Below, piece after piece: positions 19,405 through 28,901 of a DNA stretch of 64,000 nt (within the stretch, counting starts at the first letter, position 1; each line of letters opens with the position of its first letter). Under the pieces are notes generated by a model that ran no database searches, was not told the origin of the DNA, and saw only the letters and a list, made by a program, of their open reading frames with translations. Made by a program: the position numbers and the translations under genes. The DNA comes from Bdellovibrionota bacterium (GTDB taxonomy: Bacteria; Bdellovibrionota; UBA2428). Where the stretch lies: the NCBI GenBank assembly GCA_041750195.1, contig JBGSZX010000030.1, positions 15,772-79,771 on the forward strand, in the 5' to 3' direction.

Positions 19405-20544
19405 TCATAAAATATCGCATTTTCCTTCTAATGTGATGCCCTCTACCTTTAAACAAATGGGTCCAGATATTGATCCCTGTAGACCTTGGGGTCCATCTAG
19501 TCCTCTTTCCCCTCTTTGGCCCTCGGGCCCAGAAGAAGCCTTTGGACATCCACGATCTGGATCTCCCGGATCGCCACCAAATCCACCTAAACCACCCATT
19601 CCACCTTTACCCCCGGCACCACCATTTCCTGGCGCAGCATAAAGTCGTGGCCGTTGCCTATCAACGCTGTTTGCTATTGTGATATTAATTTTTTCCAGGA
19701 CACCACCTCGAAAGCCAACATTTCCCTTTCCGCCTCGGGGTCCTTGTTGTCCCCTTCCTCCATTCGTTGGGTGGCGCAAACATTCCCCAGGTTCAAATTC
19801 TCGCCCATCAGGCCCCCCAGATGTATGGCTAGGTCGATATTTTCCGGGCTGCCCCCTCGGTCCTTTTTCTCCACGGCCTATTGTGTTCGGCCCAGTTATT
19901 CCCGATGCACCATCCTGTCCTCGCCAGTCAACTTCTAAAAATCCTTCATATTTCTGGACAGTCAAATTGAGTTTCCCAGATGGCTTCCCCACTCCGTCTC
20001 CAGAGGCATTTCTAAATGTTGCAATTTTAGATTTCGGAGATGCAACAAGTTCAAATAAATTCCAATTTATGTCATAGCCATTGGTTATGAGTGTTCGCCC
20101 TACACCAAGATGCAATCGACCCACATTTAAGGTACTCGATTCCAAAATTAAATCTTCCTTTGTTAGATCTAAATCAACAGGAATACCAACAACAACGGTG
20201 TCGATATTATTTTCGCCGCTCCAAAGCTCGTAGCGATAAGTTTCACCTTCACGAGCTTCAGGATCAAGCATTTTTGAATAAGTACCTTGAAGTGACATAT
20301 TTTTTAGGTTCAACCCATTTTCTTGAAACTTTCGAACGACTAAGTTGCCACTTTGCCTTACATTTTCATCCCATTTTAGCTCCACAACATAACTATGCAG
20401 TCGCTCTTCTGGCTTCACCTGAGCGGACAAATAGACGCCCTGACTAAAAACTTCTGCTGGGGGCCGATCTACTTTTAAATCTGGATAAGCACTGCAAAAA
20501 TTGAGGAAAACACCTAAGACGGATAATTTTAAATAATACTTCAT
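19405..20544 (-). CDS. Secreted protein with interrupted collagen-like Gly-X-Y segments
   Basis: The ATG at 20542-20544 is preceded by AAGGAG and gives the signal peptide MKYYLKLSVLGVFLNFCSA. GXY runs: GEKGPRGQPG, GGRGQQGPRGGKGNVGFRGG, GNGGAGGKGGMGGLGGFGGDPGDP, GPEGQRGERGLDGPQGLQG. Confidence 0.6.
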   Translation of the reverse strand: MKYYLKLSVLGVFLNFCSAYPDLKVDRPPAEVFSQGVYLSAQVKPEERLHSYVVELKWDENVRQSGNLVVRKFQENGLNLKNMSLQGTYSKMLDPEAREGETYRYELWSGENNIDTVVVGIPVDLDLTKEDLILESSTLNVGRLHLGVGRTLITNGYDINWNLFELVASPKSKIATFRNASGDGVGKPSGKLNLTVQKYEGFLEVDWRGQDGASGITGPNTIGRGEKGPRGQPGKYRPSHTSGGPDGREFEPGECLRHPTNGGRGQQGPRGGKGNVGFRGGVLEKINITIANSVDRQRPRLYAAPGNGGAGGKGGMGGLGGFGGDPGDPDRGCPKASSGPEGQRGERGLDGPQGLQGSISGPICLKVEGITLEGKCDIL

Positions 20545-20651
20545 TAAAATAGGACTCCTTTGATAGGATGACCTATGCGAAGTTTGTGCCACCAAAATTC
20601 CACTCACAAGAGTCTAGTTTTGCCTTGGAGTAAATAAATTTCATTAAACTA

Positions 20652-20690
20652 CTGAATTCCAGTTTTTCAGTTCTAAAAACTGGAATTCAG
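20652..20690 (-). terminator. Intrinsic terminator downstream of der (perfect 16-bp stem, 7-nt loop)
   Basis: ctgaattccagttttt / cagttct / aaaaactggaattcag, read directly. The A/T runs inside the arms give U-tracts in either orientation. Confidence 0.7.
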
Positions 20691-20704
20691 CGAACTACTT
20701 AAGA

Positions 20705-22078
20705 TCAAGTGTTTTTGAAATGGAGTTTGATGGGAGTTCCCTCAAAACCAAATTCTCGGCGCAAGCTATTTGTTATGTAGCGTTTGAAGGAAAAATGAAC
20801 ATCTTTACCGTTCACGCTAGTAAACAAAACAAACTCAGGCGGAGAAATTGAAACCTGAGACAAGTAGTAAAACTTCGGGTGCTTGCCCTTAACTACTGGA
20901 TGGGGGTGCTCTTTAAATTTAGTTACAAAGAGTCTATTCAATTGAGCTGTCGTCACACGCTGAGTGCGTGTTCGCAATATTCGATCGATGGTTCCAGTAA
21001 GATTTTTAAGTCCTTTTCCAGTTAAAGCTGATATTTGCACCCTTGGAACATACTGCAAAAAGTCTAATTTAAGATCTCGAGTTCTCTCTAATTTATCGAG
21101 AATTTTTCCAGAATCATCTTTTTTAACAAGATCCCATTTATTAAAAACCAATACCAAGCTCAAACCAAAATCATGAGCCATTCCACAAATCGCTGCGTCT
21201 AGGTCTGTCACGCCTTCAGAAGAATCAATAAGCAATAGCGCTAGATCTGCGTCTCTCGCCTGGTCTTTGAGTTTTTCTTTAGCAACCCATTCCACATCAC
21301 GTTCGATTCTTCCGGGTCTCCGCATTCCAGCCGTATCAAAAAAACTCCATTCAAAACCTTTGTAGGAATAGACGCTTTCGATCGGGTCTCTAGTGGTTCC
21401 TGGAATCTGAGAAACAACATGTCGCTCTTCTCCGATAATCTGGTTTACCAATGTAGATTTGCCGACATTTGGTCGACCCAAAATAAGGATACGAGGATTT
21501 TCCTTTTTCTTTCTGAGATACTCCGAAAGTTCAGGAGCTTCGCCTTCGCCTAGGAAATTTTTCAAGTGAGTCCAAAGATCAATGATCCCAAGGTCATTCT
21601 CCGCAGAAACTTCAAGCAAATGTTCGAAGCCCAATCCATAGTAAGACATGGCGTAAAAACCTTTGGTGTCACTCTTATTAGCCACGACCCAAATTTTGCT
21701 GTTATCAGTTTTTCCGTATTGCCGTAACCAATTCGAAATTTCAAGCTCTTCAACACCAAGCTCCCGCGTTCCATCGACAACAAATAAAATCACATCAGCA
21801 TCACGAACGGCTACCTGAGCACTAATTTCAATTTCTTCACCAAGGGGGTGGCGCAAAGCTTCTGGCCCTACTCCACCGGTATCAACAATTCGAACAACAC
21901 CAACGGGTGATTCATCCAAGACATACTCTTGACGATCAACTGTCACTCCTGGGCGATCACAAACGATCGCATTTCGAGTTTTAGTAAGACGATTGAACAA
22001 AGTAGACTTGCCCACGTTTGTTGGGCCAACAAGAACAATGCTGGGTATATGAGGTGTCGGATTCAAAGATGCTGACAT
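20705..22078 (-). CDS. der: Ribosome-biogenesis GTPase Der (EngA), double G domain
   Basis: Two P-loops (GPTNVGKST, GRPNVGKST), two DTGG/DTAG motifs, two NKxD motifs and a KH-like C-terminus. Confidence 0.9.
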   Translation of the reverse strand: MSASLNPTPHIPSIVLVGPTNVGKSTLFNRLTKTRNAIVCDRPGVTVDRQEYVLDESPVGVVRIVDTGGVGPEALRHPLGEEIEISAQVAVRDADVILFVVDGTRELGVEELEISNWLRQYGKTDNSKIWVVANKSDTKGFYAMSYYGLGFEHLLEVSAENDLGIIDLWTHLKNFLGEGEAPELSEYLRKKKENPRILILGRPNVGKSTLVNQIIGEERHVVSQIPGTTRDPIESVYSYKGFEWSFFDTAGMRRPGRIERDVEWVAKEKLKDQARDADLALLLIDSSEGVTDLDAAICGMAHDFGLSLVLVFNKWDLVKKDDSGKILDKLERTRDLKLDFLQYVPRVQISALTGKGLKNLTGTIDRILRTRTQRVTTAQLNRLFVTKFKEHPHPVVKGKHPKFYYLSQVSISPPEFVLFTSVNGKDVHFSFKRYITNSLRREFGFEGTPIKLHFKNT

Positions 22079-22079
22079 T

Positions 22080-23084
22080 CTATTTTCCAGGCTGATAGCC
22101 TAGCTCCTTAAGTTTATTAGGTAGCAAATGCCATTTTTCCATGACTTTTACAAATAGACGAAGAACGATTTCTTCGCCAGTCACCTCTTGGTAACGTTTG
22201 CGAACAGTCATTCCAATGCTTTTTATATTTTGCCCGCCCTTGCCAACTAATATTCTTTTTAGCGAATCTCGGGCAACAACTATTGTTGCATCGACTTCGG
22301 TCATTTTCTTGGTGCCCGCAGGATCTTGCCAAAGGTCAACAATGCAATCGCATTCATAAGGAACTTCACTATATGAAGTTCTAAAAATATTTTCGCGAAT
22401 CAGGTTTCTTAGAAGATCTCGACTATTTAAATCAGTCCAAGATTCTTCAGGGTACATTGGCGGATTAACGGGTGCATTGGTATCTAAAATTGATAGCAAA
22501 GCGTTTACATTTGACTTTAAATCTTTAAGTCCACGAATGGCTGACAGTGGAATGATTTCCAGAAATTCTGGAAGAACTTCGTGTGCTTTTTCAATTAGAG
22601 GAAGCAAATCCGCTTTTGACTTCATGTCGACCTTAGACAAAACCAAAATCCACTTAGTGTTAGTCTTCTTGGATACCTGTTCTTTAAGCCAAAGTGCTAA
22701 ACGGTCTTCACGGCCTTGACGAGACATAGCCACATCATCCAAGTCCTGTTCGAAACTGCGGCAATCAGCAACCCAAATCGCAATATCAACTTCGCGCATA
22801 GCCTCTTCGATGGCCGCATACATGCTTCTATCTAACAATCCTTTACGTAAATTTACGCCCGGAGTATCAACGAGAATATGCTGGCCAATCCAACGTTTGT
22901 TTTCGCCATCAATTTGGTATCGCTGTAAAATTCCTTTGATGTTTTGGCGAGTGGTCTGAGGGCGATCAGACGTCCCCGAAAACTCGGCCTCGAGTAAGGC
23001 ATTTAGCAATGTGGATTTACCAGCATTGGGCCTCCCCAGGATTGCAACAGTGGCGCATTTAAAATTATCTTCAACTAAATTCAT
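22080..23084 (-). CDS. era: GTPase Era
   Basis: GRPNAGKSTLLN, DTPG, SKVD, and a C-terminal KH domain (VGKGGQNIKSIG). Confidence 0.9.
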   Translation of the reverse strand: MNLVEDNFKCATVAILGRPNAGKSTLLNALLEAEFSGTSDRPQTTRQNIKGILQRYQIDGENKRWIGQHILVDTPGVNLRKGLLDRSMYAAIEEAMREVDIAIWVADCRSFEQDLDDVAMSRQGREDRLALWLKEQVSKKTNTKWILVLSKVDMKSKADLLPLIEKAHEVLPEFLEIIPLSAIRGLKDLKSNVNALLSILDTNAPVNPPMYPEESWTDLNSRDLLRNLIRENIFRTSYSEVPYECDCIVDLWQDPAGTKKMTEVDATIVVARDSLKRILVGKGGQNIKSIGMTVRKRYQEVTGEEIVLRLFVKVMEKWHLLPNKLKELGYQPGK

Positions 23085-23098
23085 AAAACTCTCCTCTC

Positions 23099-23881
23099 TT
23101 ACTGAACCGTATTTTCTGAGTTCAGTCCGAGGTCATGATTCAAGGTCTTGGTATTAAGACCTAATTTACTAAGCAAAGCTACAAGTTTTGGTAGCCCCAT
23201 GGCAAGTAAAGAAGTCGCGAGTTCGAGACTTCCTTCCTTTTTTGATTCTGACATCGTTCTTGCGATCTCAACTTCATTAACAAATACAGCCATTTCAAAG
23301 GGCCCTTGCGAAGAAGCAGTATCGGAATTTAAGCAAACATACTTAGGCAATCCCCAATGGTTCCTTTGAAATAGTTCCTGCAAGCTCGATTTGGCGTCCT
23401 TTTTTAGAAGTTTTCGAATCAAACCGATCCATTCTTGATCTTCCATTTCCCATTCCTGAAAAATTTCTTTATTCAAGAATTCTCTTGTTTCTGAAAGGCC
23501 TTTATCTAAATAGATTGCGGCCACCAGCGCCTCGACAACGTCAGCTAAAATTGAGTCTCGTTCACGGCCACCGCTAGCAGCTTCGCCTCTTCCTAAATAA
23601 ATATGAGTCCCTAAATCCAATCTACGAGCGCGCATTGAAAGGCTGGCTTCGGATACAAAATACGAGCGAAGCCTTGAAAGCTGGCCTTCATCTAATTCGG
23701 GACATCGTGAGATCAAAGTCTCGGCACAAATCATCCCAAGGATGCTGTCCCCCAAAAACTCAAGCCGTTCATAACTGAATTGGCAGTTGCTTTTCTCATG
23801 GACAAACGATGAATGTGTCAGAGCACGTTGAAACAACTGAGACTCTCCATATTTCTCACAAATCCTTTTAAATTTGGCCAT
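23099..23881 (-). CDS. rnc: Ribonuclease III
   Basis: ERLEFLGDSILG signature, and a C-terminal dsRBD. It sits immediately upstream of era. Confidence 0.9.
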   Translation of the reverse strand: MAKFKRICEKYGESQLFQRALTHSSFVHEKSNCQFSYERLEFLGDSILGMICAETLISRCPELDEGQLSRLRSYFVSEASLSMRARRLDLGTHIYLGRGEAASGGRERDSILADVVEALVAAIYLDKGLSETREFLNKEIFQEWEMEDQEWIGLIRKLLKKDAKSSLQELFQRNHWGLPKYVCLNSDTASSQGPFEMAVFVNEVEIARTMSESKKEGSLELATSLLAMGLPKLVALLSKLGLNTKTLNHDLGLNSENTVQ

Positions 23882-23986
23882 TTGTGGCTTCTAGCTCAGA
23901 ATACAACGCGGCGCAATAAAAATCAGTGGGCCTTCTAGACGCTGCGGAAAACTATAGAGATAAACACTAGATAACCGCTAGCTAAT

Positions 23987-26953
23987 CTAGCGGCTCATAG
24001 CTTCGTTGCTAGTGGCATCCGAATTACCAATATTTTGTGGCAATACAGTTTTTGCCGGTGGAGGCAAGGTTGGCTCTCCACCATATTGGAATAAGTAGTC
24101 CCTAACCGCTTCAATTTGGCGATCAGCATCGTCGTTAAAATAACCCGGAATAGCGAGACGTTTTGAGTGTGGATCCTCATCATTCTCTAACGGCCATAAG
24201 CCAGGCATCCTAGTGTTAGGCATGATAGCATTTGGATTTTTCATCCATTTCACAACCCAGTCACCCTTCAAACGAGCTTTAATATTTTTAAAATGAGGAG
24301 CAGCACCCTCGGCTGCTTCCCCAGGCTTCAGAACTCCATGGCAACTCAAACACCCTGTATCGCCTATCAAGCCTTCAACCTGTTTGATATCGGCTGCACT
24401 TATTGGATTTGCATGTGACGAATTAAATGGGTACGGAGCATCGTCATAGGCCGCAAAATATTTGGTAATGAGGCGAGCTTCTTCATCGCTCATATAGAAG
24501 GTCGGCATTCTTATTTTTAGCCAAGGACGAATCATCACATCAGTATTTTTTAAGTAGCTGAATAGCCAGTCTGATTGAGTTTTATTTCCTTGATCATAAA
24601 GCTGCGGAGGTCCTTCAATGATATCGTTTGGATAATACGCGAGGATTTCACCACCATAACTAGCTCCCTCTTTTTGTAGAGCATGACAACCAACACAGTT
24701 GTATCGATTTACAACTCGCTGGCCCGCAATGATATCTTCTTTACGACCATCGACGGGAGCCTTTCGACCTTCATCAACATTTTCAGCCTCGTAACCAACC
24801 ACCACAGTTGCAACAGCATTTGTCTGTTCATGTGTAAGTCCAAAATGTGGCATTTTGGTTTTTGCAGCAAAATCGCGTTTTTTACCAACATCCCAAATTC
24901 TTGGAGTTCGGATCTTGGTATAAATCCATTGTTCTCTCGAGGTATGGTCGATTTCCACGTTATCAAAGACGAACTTAGTAACTTCTTTGCTTCCTTCAAT
25001 AGTCAACTCGGCTCCGATTCGAGGAGCGTTTTCAAACCCCAGGATGGCGTGACAGGCATAACATCCATAAGTTCCAATCATCTTTTGACCAAGATAATCT
25101 TTTTTGTCGTCAAGAGACATAGATGCCAATTTGACCTTAGCCGTATCTCTATGCATCTGAGCCTCTAAGAATTCTAAAATCACTCCATCACGAATTTCTG
25201 GATCGGGCTGAGGCATACTTGCCGCTTCAAAATCAGGATTTTTCTTAGTAAGTAAATAGGAAGCAATATCTGCAGCCTCTTGATCGCTAAGTTTCATACT
25301 AGGCATCGAAGTACCAGCCCAGTAATGCTTAGGCTGCTTTAACCACGACCTTAACCATTCTTCGCTAACCTTGGACCCTAATTGATTGAGCTCAGGGCCA
25401 AACATTGGAATTCTAGGATCAAGGTAACCGAGTGCCTTGGGATCGGTCGGTCGGTCAATTGGCATATCATCTACGGCATGACAACCTAAGCAACCCACTT
25501 CTTTAAGTAATTTTTTTCCGCGTGAAGATTCTCCAACGACTGCTGAAGCGAGTTTCAATGGCACATATTTTTGGGAATTTTTCACCAAATAATGCGCTAT
25601 AGCGTCGACTTCAACCTTTCCTCTTTCAATCGAGTCCGGATCGGAATTATTGTGAGTCTGCCAAAACATAGGCATCAATGTCGAAGGCCTGAAGGACTTT
25701 GGATTCCAAATCCATTTTTTGATCCAATTTTCATCCACCTTAGAGGCAATACGCTCAAGTGAAGGTCCCGCCTTCTTTTCAGAATAAAGCTGATCAAAAT
25801 GACCTGCGAACTTATGACAACCGTAACATCCCACTCGCTCGATGATTCTCATTCCCGCATTTAAAGTTGGAGCACCATCAAGAACGACTTCCTTTGCATG
25901 ACATTGAATACATTTTCCTTCTGTCATTTTCAGAGGAACCATATGAGTTTTGATGTGGTGACTTCGGTGATAATGGTATTTGGCTTCCCACTCGGCTGCC
26001 TGTTCGAAATCTTTTGGAGTATGGGCGGCATTCGTGAAATCAACTGACTGAGGAACACCTGCATGACAAACCGTGCAGCCAAAAGTTTCAACAGGATGTG
26101 GACTTTCTGCGCCAGCGATCAAATGTAGCTTAGAGTGAGTTGTAAACGGCTGAGGAAAATTCTCATATCCCGCAGTGTTTGAATTTACGTGACAAGTCAT
26201 ACATCTATCAACCCGAGGCACTTTATTAAAAAAGTACTCGTCGTATAAACCGTGAAGAATGACCTGCTGAACCTTCACAGTAGGAGCGATAAAATCTAAT
26301 ATTGGTGCGTTTCTTACAACGTTGACAATATTTAATTCTGTATTTTCAATCGCCTTTTTAAGAGTGTCACGAGATCTTTCTAGGGATATACGACGGTCTT
26401 CCAAGGATTTTGCCTTCGACAAAATATCTTTTTTATCTTCCAAGGCTCCGTCTCGAGCAATCATGGCATCGTCCTGAAGTTTCTTTAGACGATCAACCTT
26501 TTCCGCCTCAGCCTTATAAGCTTTTAATTTTTCGTCAACTTCAGGTGTTTTCTTGCGAATGGCCTCTTCGAGCCAATAATGATTTTCATCATGGATACCT
26601 TTGGCGATTTGATAATCTTTAGTGGCGATATAAAGAGTGGCTTCTAGCTTTTTAATTTTCTCGTCGATTTCATCAACAATGACAGATATCTTTGATTCTA
26701 CTTCCACAATCTCAGACTCAATTCCATTGAGTTTAGAGATGTTCATGGCATTCGTCGCTTCCAACAATTTTCGTTCACTAATAGCAGTCGCGATTTTATG
26801 GGACTGCCTTTGATAAGCTTTCCATGGCCTCTCATAATCCTGAATGGCAGCCCATAAAGTTACTAATAGTAGAATGATTGAGCTTATCGCAAACCATTTG
26901 GACAGAGTCCTGGTAGAGTAAGCAGCTTCTTGTTGGTTCTCGTTGTTAGACAT
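23987..26953 (-). CDS. Membrane-anchored octahaem c-type cytochrome with an N-terminal coiled-coil stalk
   Basis: Eight CxxCH motifs (aa 251, 293, 348, 376, 488, 631, 753, 868). The last five are each followed by a Met-Pro motif, as in class I cytochrome c domains. One TM helix at aa ~20-36. A heptad-rich K/E region spans aa ~45-215. Confidence 0.8.
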   Translation of the reverse strand: MSNNENQQEAAYSTRTLSKWFAISSIILLLVTLWAAIQDYERPWKAYQRQSHKIATAISERKLLEATNAMNISKLNGIESEIVEVESKISVIVDEIDEKIKKLEATLYIATKDYQIAKGIHDENHYWLEEAIRKKTPEVDEKLKAYKAEAEKVDRLKKLQDDAMIARDGALEDKKDILSKAKSLEDRRISLERSRDTLKKAIENTELNIVNVVRNAPILDFIAPTVKVQQVILHGLYDEYFFNKVPRVDRCMTCHVNSNTAGYENFPQPFTTHSKLHLIAGAESPHPVETFGCTVCHAGVPQSVDFTNAAHTPKDFEQAAEWEAKYHYHRSHHIKTHMVPLKMTEGKCIQCHAKEVVLDGAPTLNAGMRIIERVGCYGCHKFAGHFDQLYSEKKAGPSLERIASKVDENWIKKWIWNPKSFRPSTLMPMFWQTHNNSDPDSIERGKVEVDAIAHYLVKNSQKYVPLKLASAVVGESSRGKKLLKEVGCLGCHAVDDMPIDRPTDPKALGYLDPRIPMFGPELNQLGSKVSEEWLRSWLKQPKHYWAGTSMPSMKLSDQEAADIASYLLTKKNPDFEAASMPQPDPEIRDGVILEFLEAQMHRDTAKVKLASMSLDDKKDYLGQKMIGTYGCYACHAILGFENAPRIGAELTIEGSKEVTKFVFDNVEIDHTSREQWIYTKIRTPRIWDVGKKRDFAAKTKMPHFGLTHEQTNAVATVVVGYEAENVDEGRKAPVDGRKEDIIAGQRVVNRYNCVGCHALQKEGASYGGEILAYYPNDIIEGPPQLYDQGNKTQSDWLFSYLKNTDVMIRPWLKIRMPTFYMSDEEARLITKYFAAYDDAPYPFNSSHANPISAADIKQVEGLIGDTGCLSCHGVLKPGEAAEGAAPHFKNIKARLKGDWVVKWMKNPNAIMPNTRMPGLWPLENDEDPHSKRLAIPGYFNDDADRQIEAVRDYLFQYGGEPTLPPPAKTVLPQNIGNSDATSNEAMSR

Positions 26954-26968
26954 GTCTACCCATTAACC

Positions 26969-28069
26969 TCATAAATTGAACATATATTCCGGAATAGAAA
27001 CTATGTACTTTAAATTAAAAACCCACCTGAGATACATTTTAATTGGAAGAGAAAGCATCACTAGCAAAAGAGTAACGAGTAAGTTGTATCTCAAAAACCC
27101 CATATCGTTATAGAGGCGCTTAAGCACAGTCGCACCTAGCAAAGGAGGGAGCAAGCCCATATACAAAAGAACTAAAACTATTCCGACCGATTCTCGAATT
27201 AAAATATTGGACGGCAAACCGGTTTTCAAACCAAAGACCCAAATGATTTCGGATAGGTTAATATTGGAAAGCGCAACAACTTTATGCGTATCCCAATATT
27301 CGAAGGGGCCAAAAAAGTTCCACCCTGGTCCCCGCATAAATGTTCCTAAGAAAATCAGCGCAATCCATAAAATGATAAACCCGAAACCGAAGGTCCATAG
27401 CGCCCAAAAACGTTCTTTGATTGTGTAATAGCCATTTCCCTTTGGATTCGTATCAAAATATGGCATCGCCACAAGACCAACAACAATCATCCCTGGAAGA
27501 ACAACTCCGGCCATCCAGGGGTCGTAATACACAAGAATTTCCTGCAAGCCCAAGAAGTACCAAGGAGCTTTTGCAACAGCTGGGGTTACACCTGAGTTAG
27601 CGGGATCTTCCAGAGGAGCTTTTAGATAAATAGACCATACAATAAGAAAGGCCGTGAACATGACCATACAAATAAGTTCTATGTAAACAAGATCAGGCCA
27701 AGTATAAACTTTTTTATCGGATTCTTGTTTCTCAAGGTTAGGTTTACCTTCAGCGGCTAAATTGTCATTCAAATAGCCACGTCTCATAGCAAGCCAGAAG
27801 AAGAAACCCACACTATAGGTCATGATCCAGATAGGAACGTTGTCAGGCTTCAGCGCCTCTTTCGCAAAATTTTTATCTAAAAGTGCCCATAGTAGAAAAA
27901 CTATAGAACCGATGAGGACTCCCTTGATAAACTTAGGCTCTGTCCAAATCCGGTAGTATTTCATGATCAAAACCCAAGCCACCACACAGCCCGTGAAAAA
28001 AATACTTGGATTACTTAAAAAATTTACTATGTCCCTGAGCCAGTCATTCATGATGTTAATCCTTTTCAA
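26969..28069 (-). CDS. Cytochrome b C-terminal / b6f subunit-IV-like membrane protein (enlarged, multi-TM)
   Basis: KAPWYFLGLQEILVY (PEWY-type Qo-site motif) and many TM helices. It lies directly downstream of the b6-like cytochrome b gene. Confidence 0.7.
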   Translation of the reverse strand: MKRINIMNDWLRDIVNFLSNPSIFFTGCVVAWVLIMKYYRIWTEPKFIKGVLIGSIVFLLWALLDKNFAKEALKPDNVPIWIMTYSVGFFFWLAMRRGYLNDNLAAEGKPNLEKQESDKKVYTWPDLVYIELICMVMFTAFLIVWSIYLKAPLEDPANSGVTPAVAKAPWYFLGLQEILVYYDPWMAGVVLPGMIVVGLVAMPYFDTNPKGNGYYTIKERFWALWTFGFGFIILWIALIFLGTFMRGPGWNFFGPFEYWDTHKVVALSNINLSEIIWVFGLKTGLPSNILIRESVGIVLVLLYMGLLPPLLGATVLKRLYNDMGFLRYNLLVTLLLVMLSLPIKMYLRWVFNLKYIVSIPEYMFNL

Positions 28070-28075
28070 GCACGC

Positions 28076-28861
28076 TTAAAGCGGACCCGAAATCCCCCCA
28101 TCCTTTCGCACGCGCCAAAAGTGAAGCGCTATCAACATTGCAACAACAAATGGAATCGCAATGCAATGAAGCACATAAAATCGAAGGAGCGTAGCCTCAC
28201 CGATAAAGCGCCCGGCCAACAATCCAAACTTCGCATCATTGCCCGAGTGAACCAAACTAATGTCGCCAATTTTAAGAAGCATGGTACCAGGTCCTTCGAC
28301 GCCACCAAAAGGAGTTGCTGCGGCCATATTTGACCCCACTGTGATCGCCCAAATTGCAAGCTGATCCCAAGGCAAAAGATATCCAGTAAATGAAAGCAAC
28401 ATCGTCAGAACAAGTAAGATAACCCCAACACCCCAGTTAAACTCTCGAGGTGGTTTATAGGATCCTGTCATGAAAACTCGGAACATATGAAGCCAAACAG
28501 TAATAACCATCGCATGAGCTCCCCATCGATGTATCTCACGTAAAATTCCTAGAGGGACATGCTCACGAAGTGCAATGATATCATTGTAAGCAAATTCAAG
28601 AGTGGGACGATAGTAGAACATCAATAAAATTCCCGTGATCGTTTCCACCAAGAAAATAAAAAATGTTAAGCCGCCCATACACCAAGTAAAAGACATTCTT
28701 ACTCCGGACTTTCTTGTCTTAACCGGGTGCAGGTGCAACGCAACGTTTGTTAAAACGGCCATCGACTGGTCTTTTGGATTGTCCGGCGTTCCATGCCTAA
28801 AAATGGACTTCCAAATTTGGGTCCCTCGAATGTAATTCCAAAGTGCTTTGATCGGATTCAT
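28076..28861 (-). CDS. Cytochrome b (b6-type N-terminal half, 4 TM, bis-histidine haem ligands)
   Basis: REIHRWGAHAMVITVWLHMFRVF and RFYVLHCIAIPFVVAMLIALHFWRVRKDGGISGPL. The C-terminus closely resembles the cytochrome b6 ending ...IRKQGISGPL. Confidence 0.8.
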   Translation of the reverse strand: MNPIKALWNYIRGTQIWKSIFRHGTPDNPKDQSMAVLTNVALHLHPVKTRKSGVRMSFTWCMGGLTFFIFLVETITGILLMFYYRPTLEFAYNDIIALREHVPLGILREIHRWGAHAMVITVWLHMFRVFMTGSYKPPREFNWGVGVILLVLTMLLSFTGYLLPWDQLAIWAITVGSNMAAATPFGGVEGPGTMLLKIGDISLVHSGNDAKFGLLAGRFIGEATLLRFYVLHCIAIPFVVAMLIALHFWRVRKDGGISGPL

Positions 28862-28901
28862 TTACTCTTTTACCTATCCTTAATTTTTACAAAAATTCTC
28901 T

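Noticed and set aside
19259-20077. Plus-strand ORFs (127, 70, 94 and 132 aa) rich in Pro, Ser and Gly, opposite the collagen-like gene
   Set aside because: They are the antisense and out-of-frame readout of GGN/CCN-rich codons. They have no RBS or start context, and the minus-strand gene has a signal peptide and a strong AAGGAG RBS.
23975-23993. 7-bp hairpin ccgctag-ctaat-ctagcgg overlapping the stop codon of the octahaem cytochrome gene
   Set aside because: The stem is short and the downstream U-tract is weak. It may be a leaky terminator ahead of rnc, but the support is too weak to call.
24683-25168. 161-aa plus-strand ORF inside the octahaem cytochrome gene
   Set aside because: It is antisense to a gene with eight CxxCH motifs. 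Its composition is low-complexity and hydrophobic, with no motif, so it is a spurious shadow ORF.
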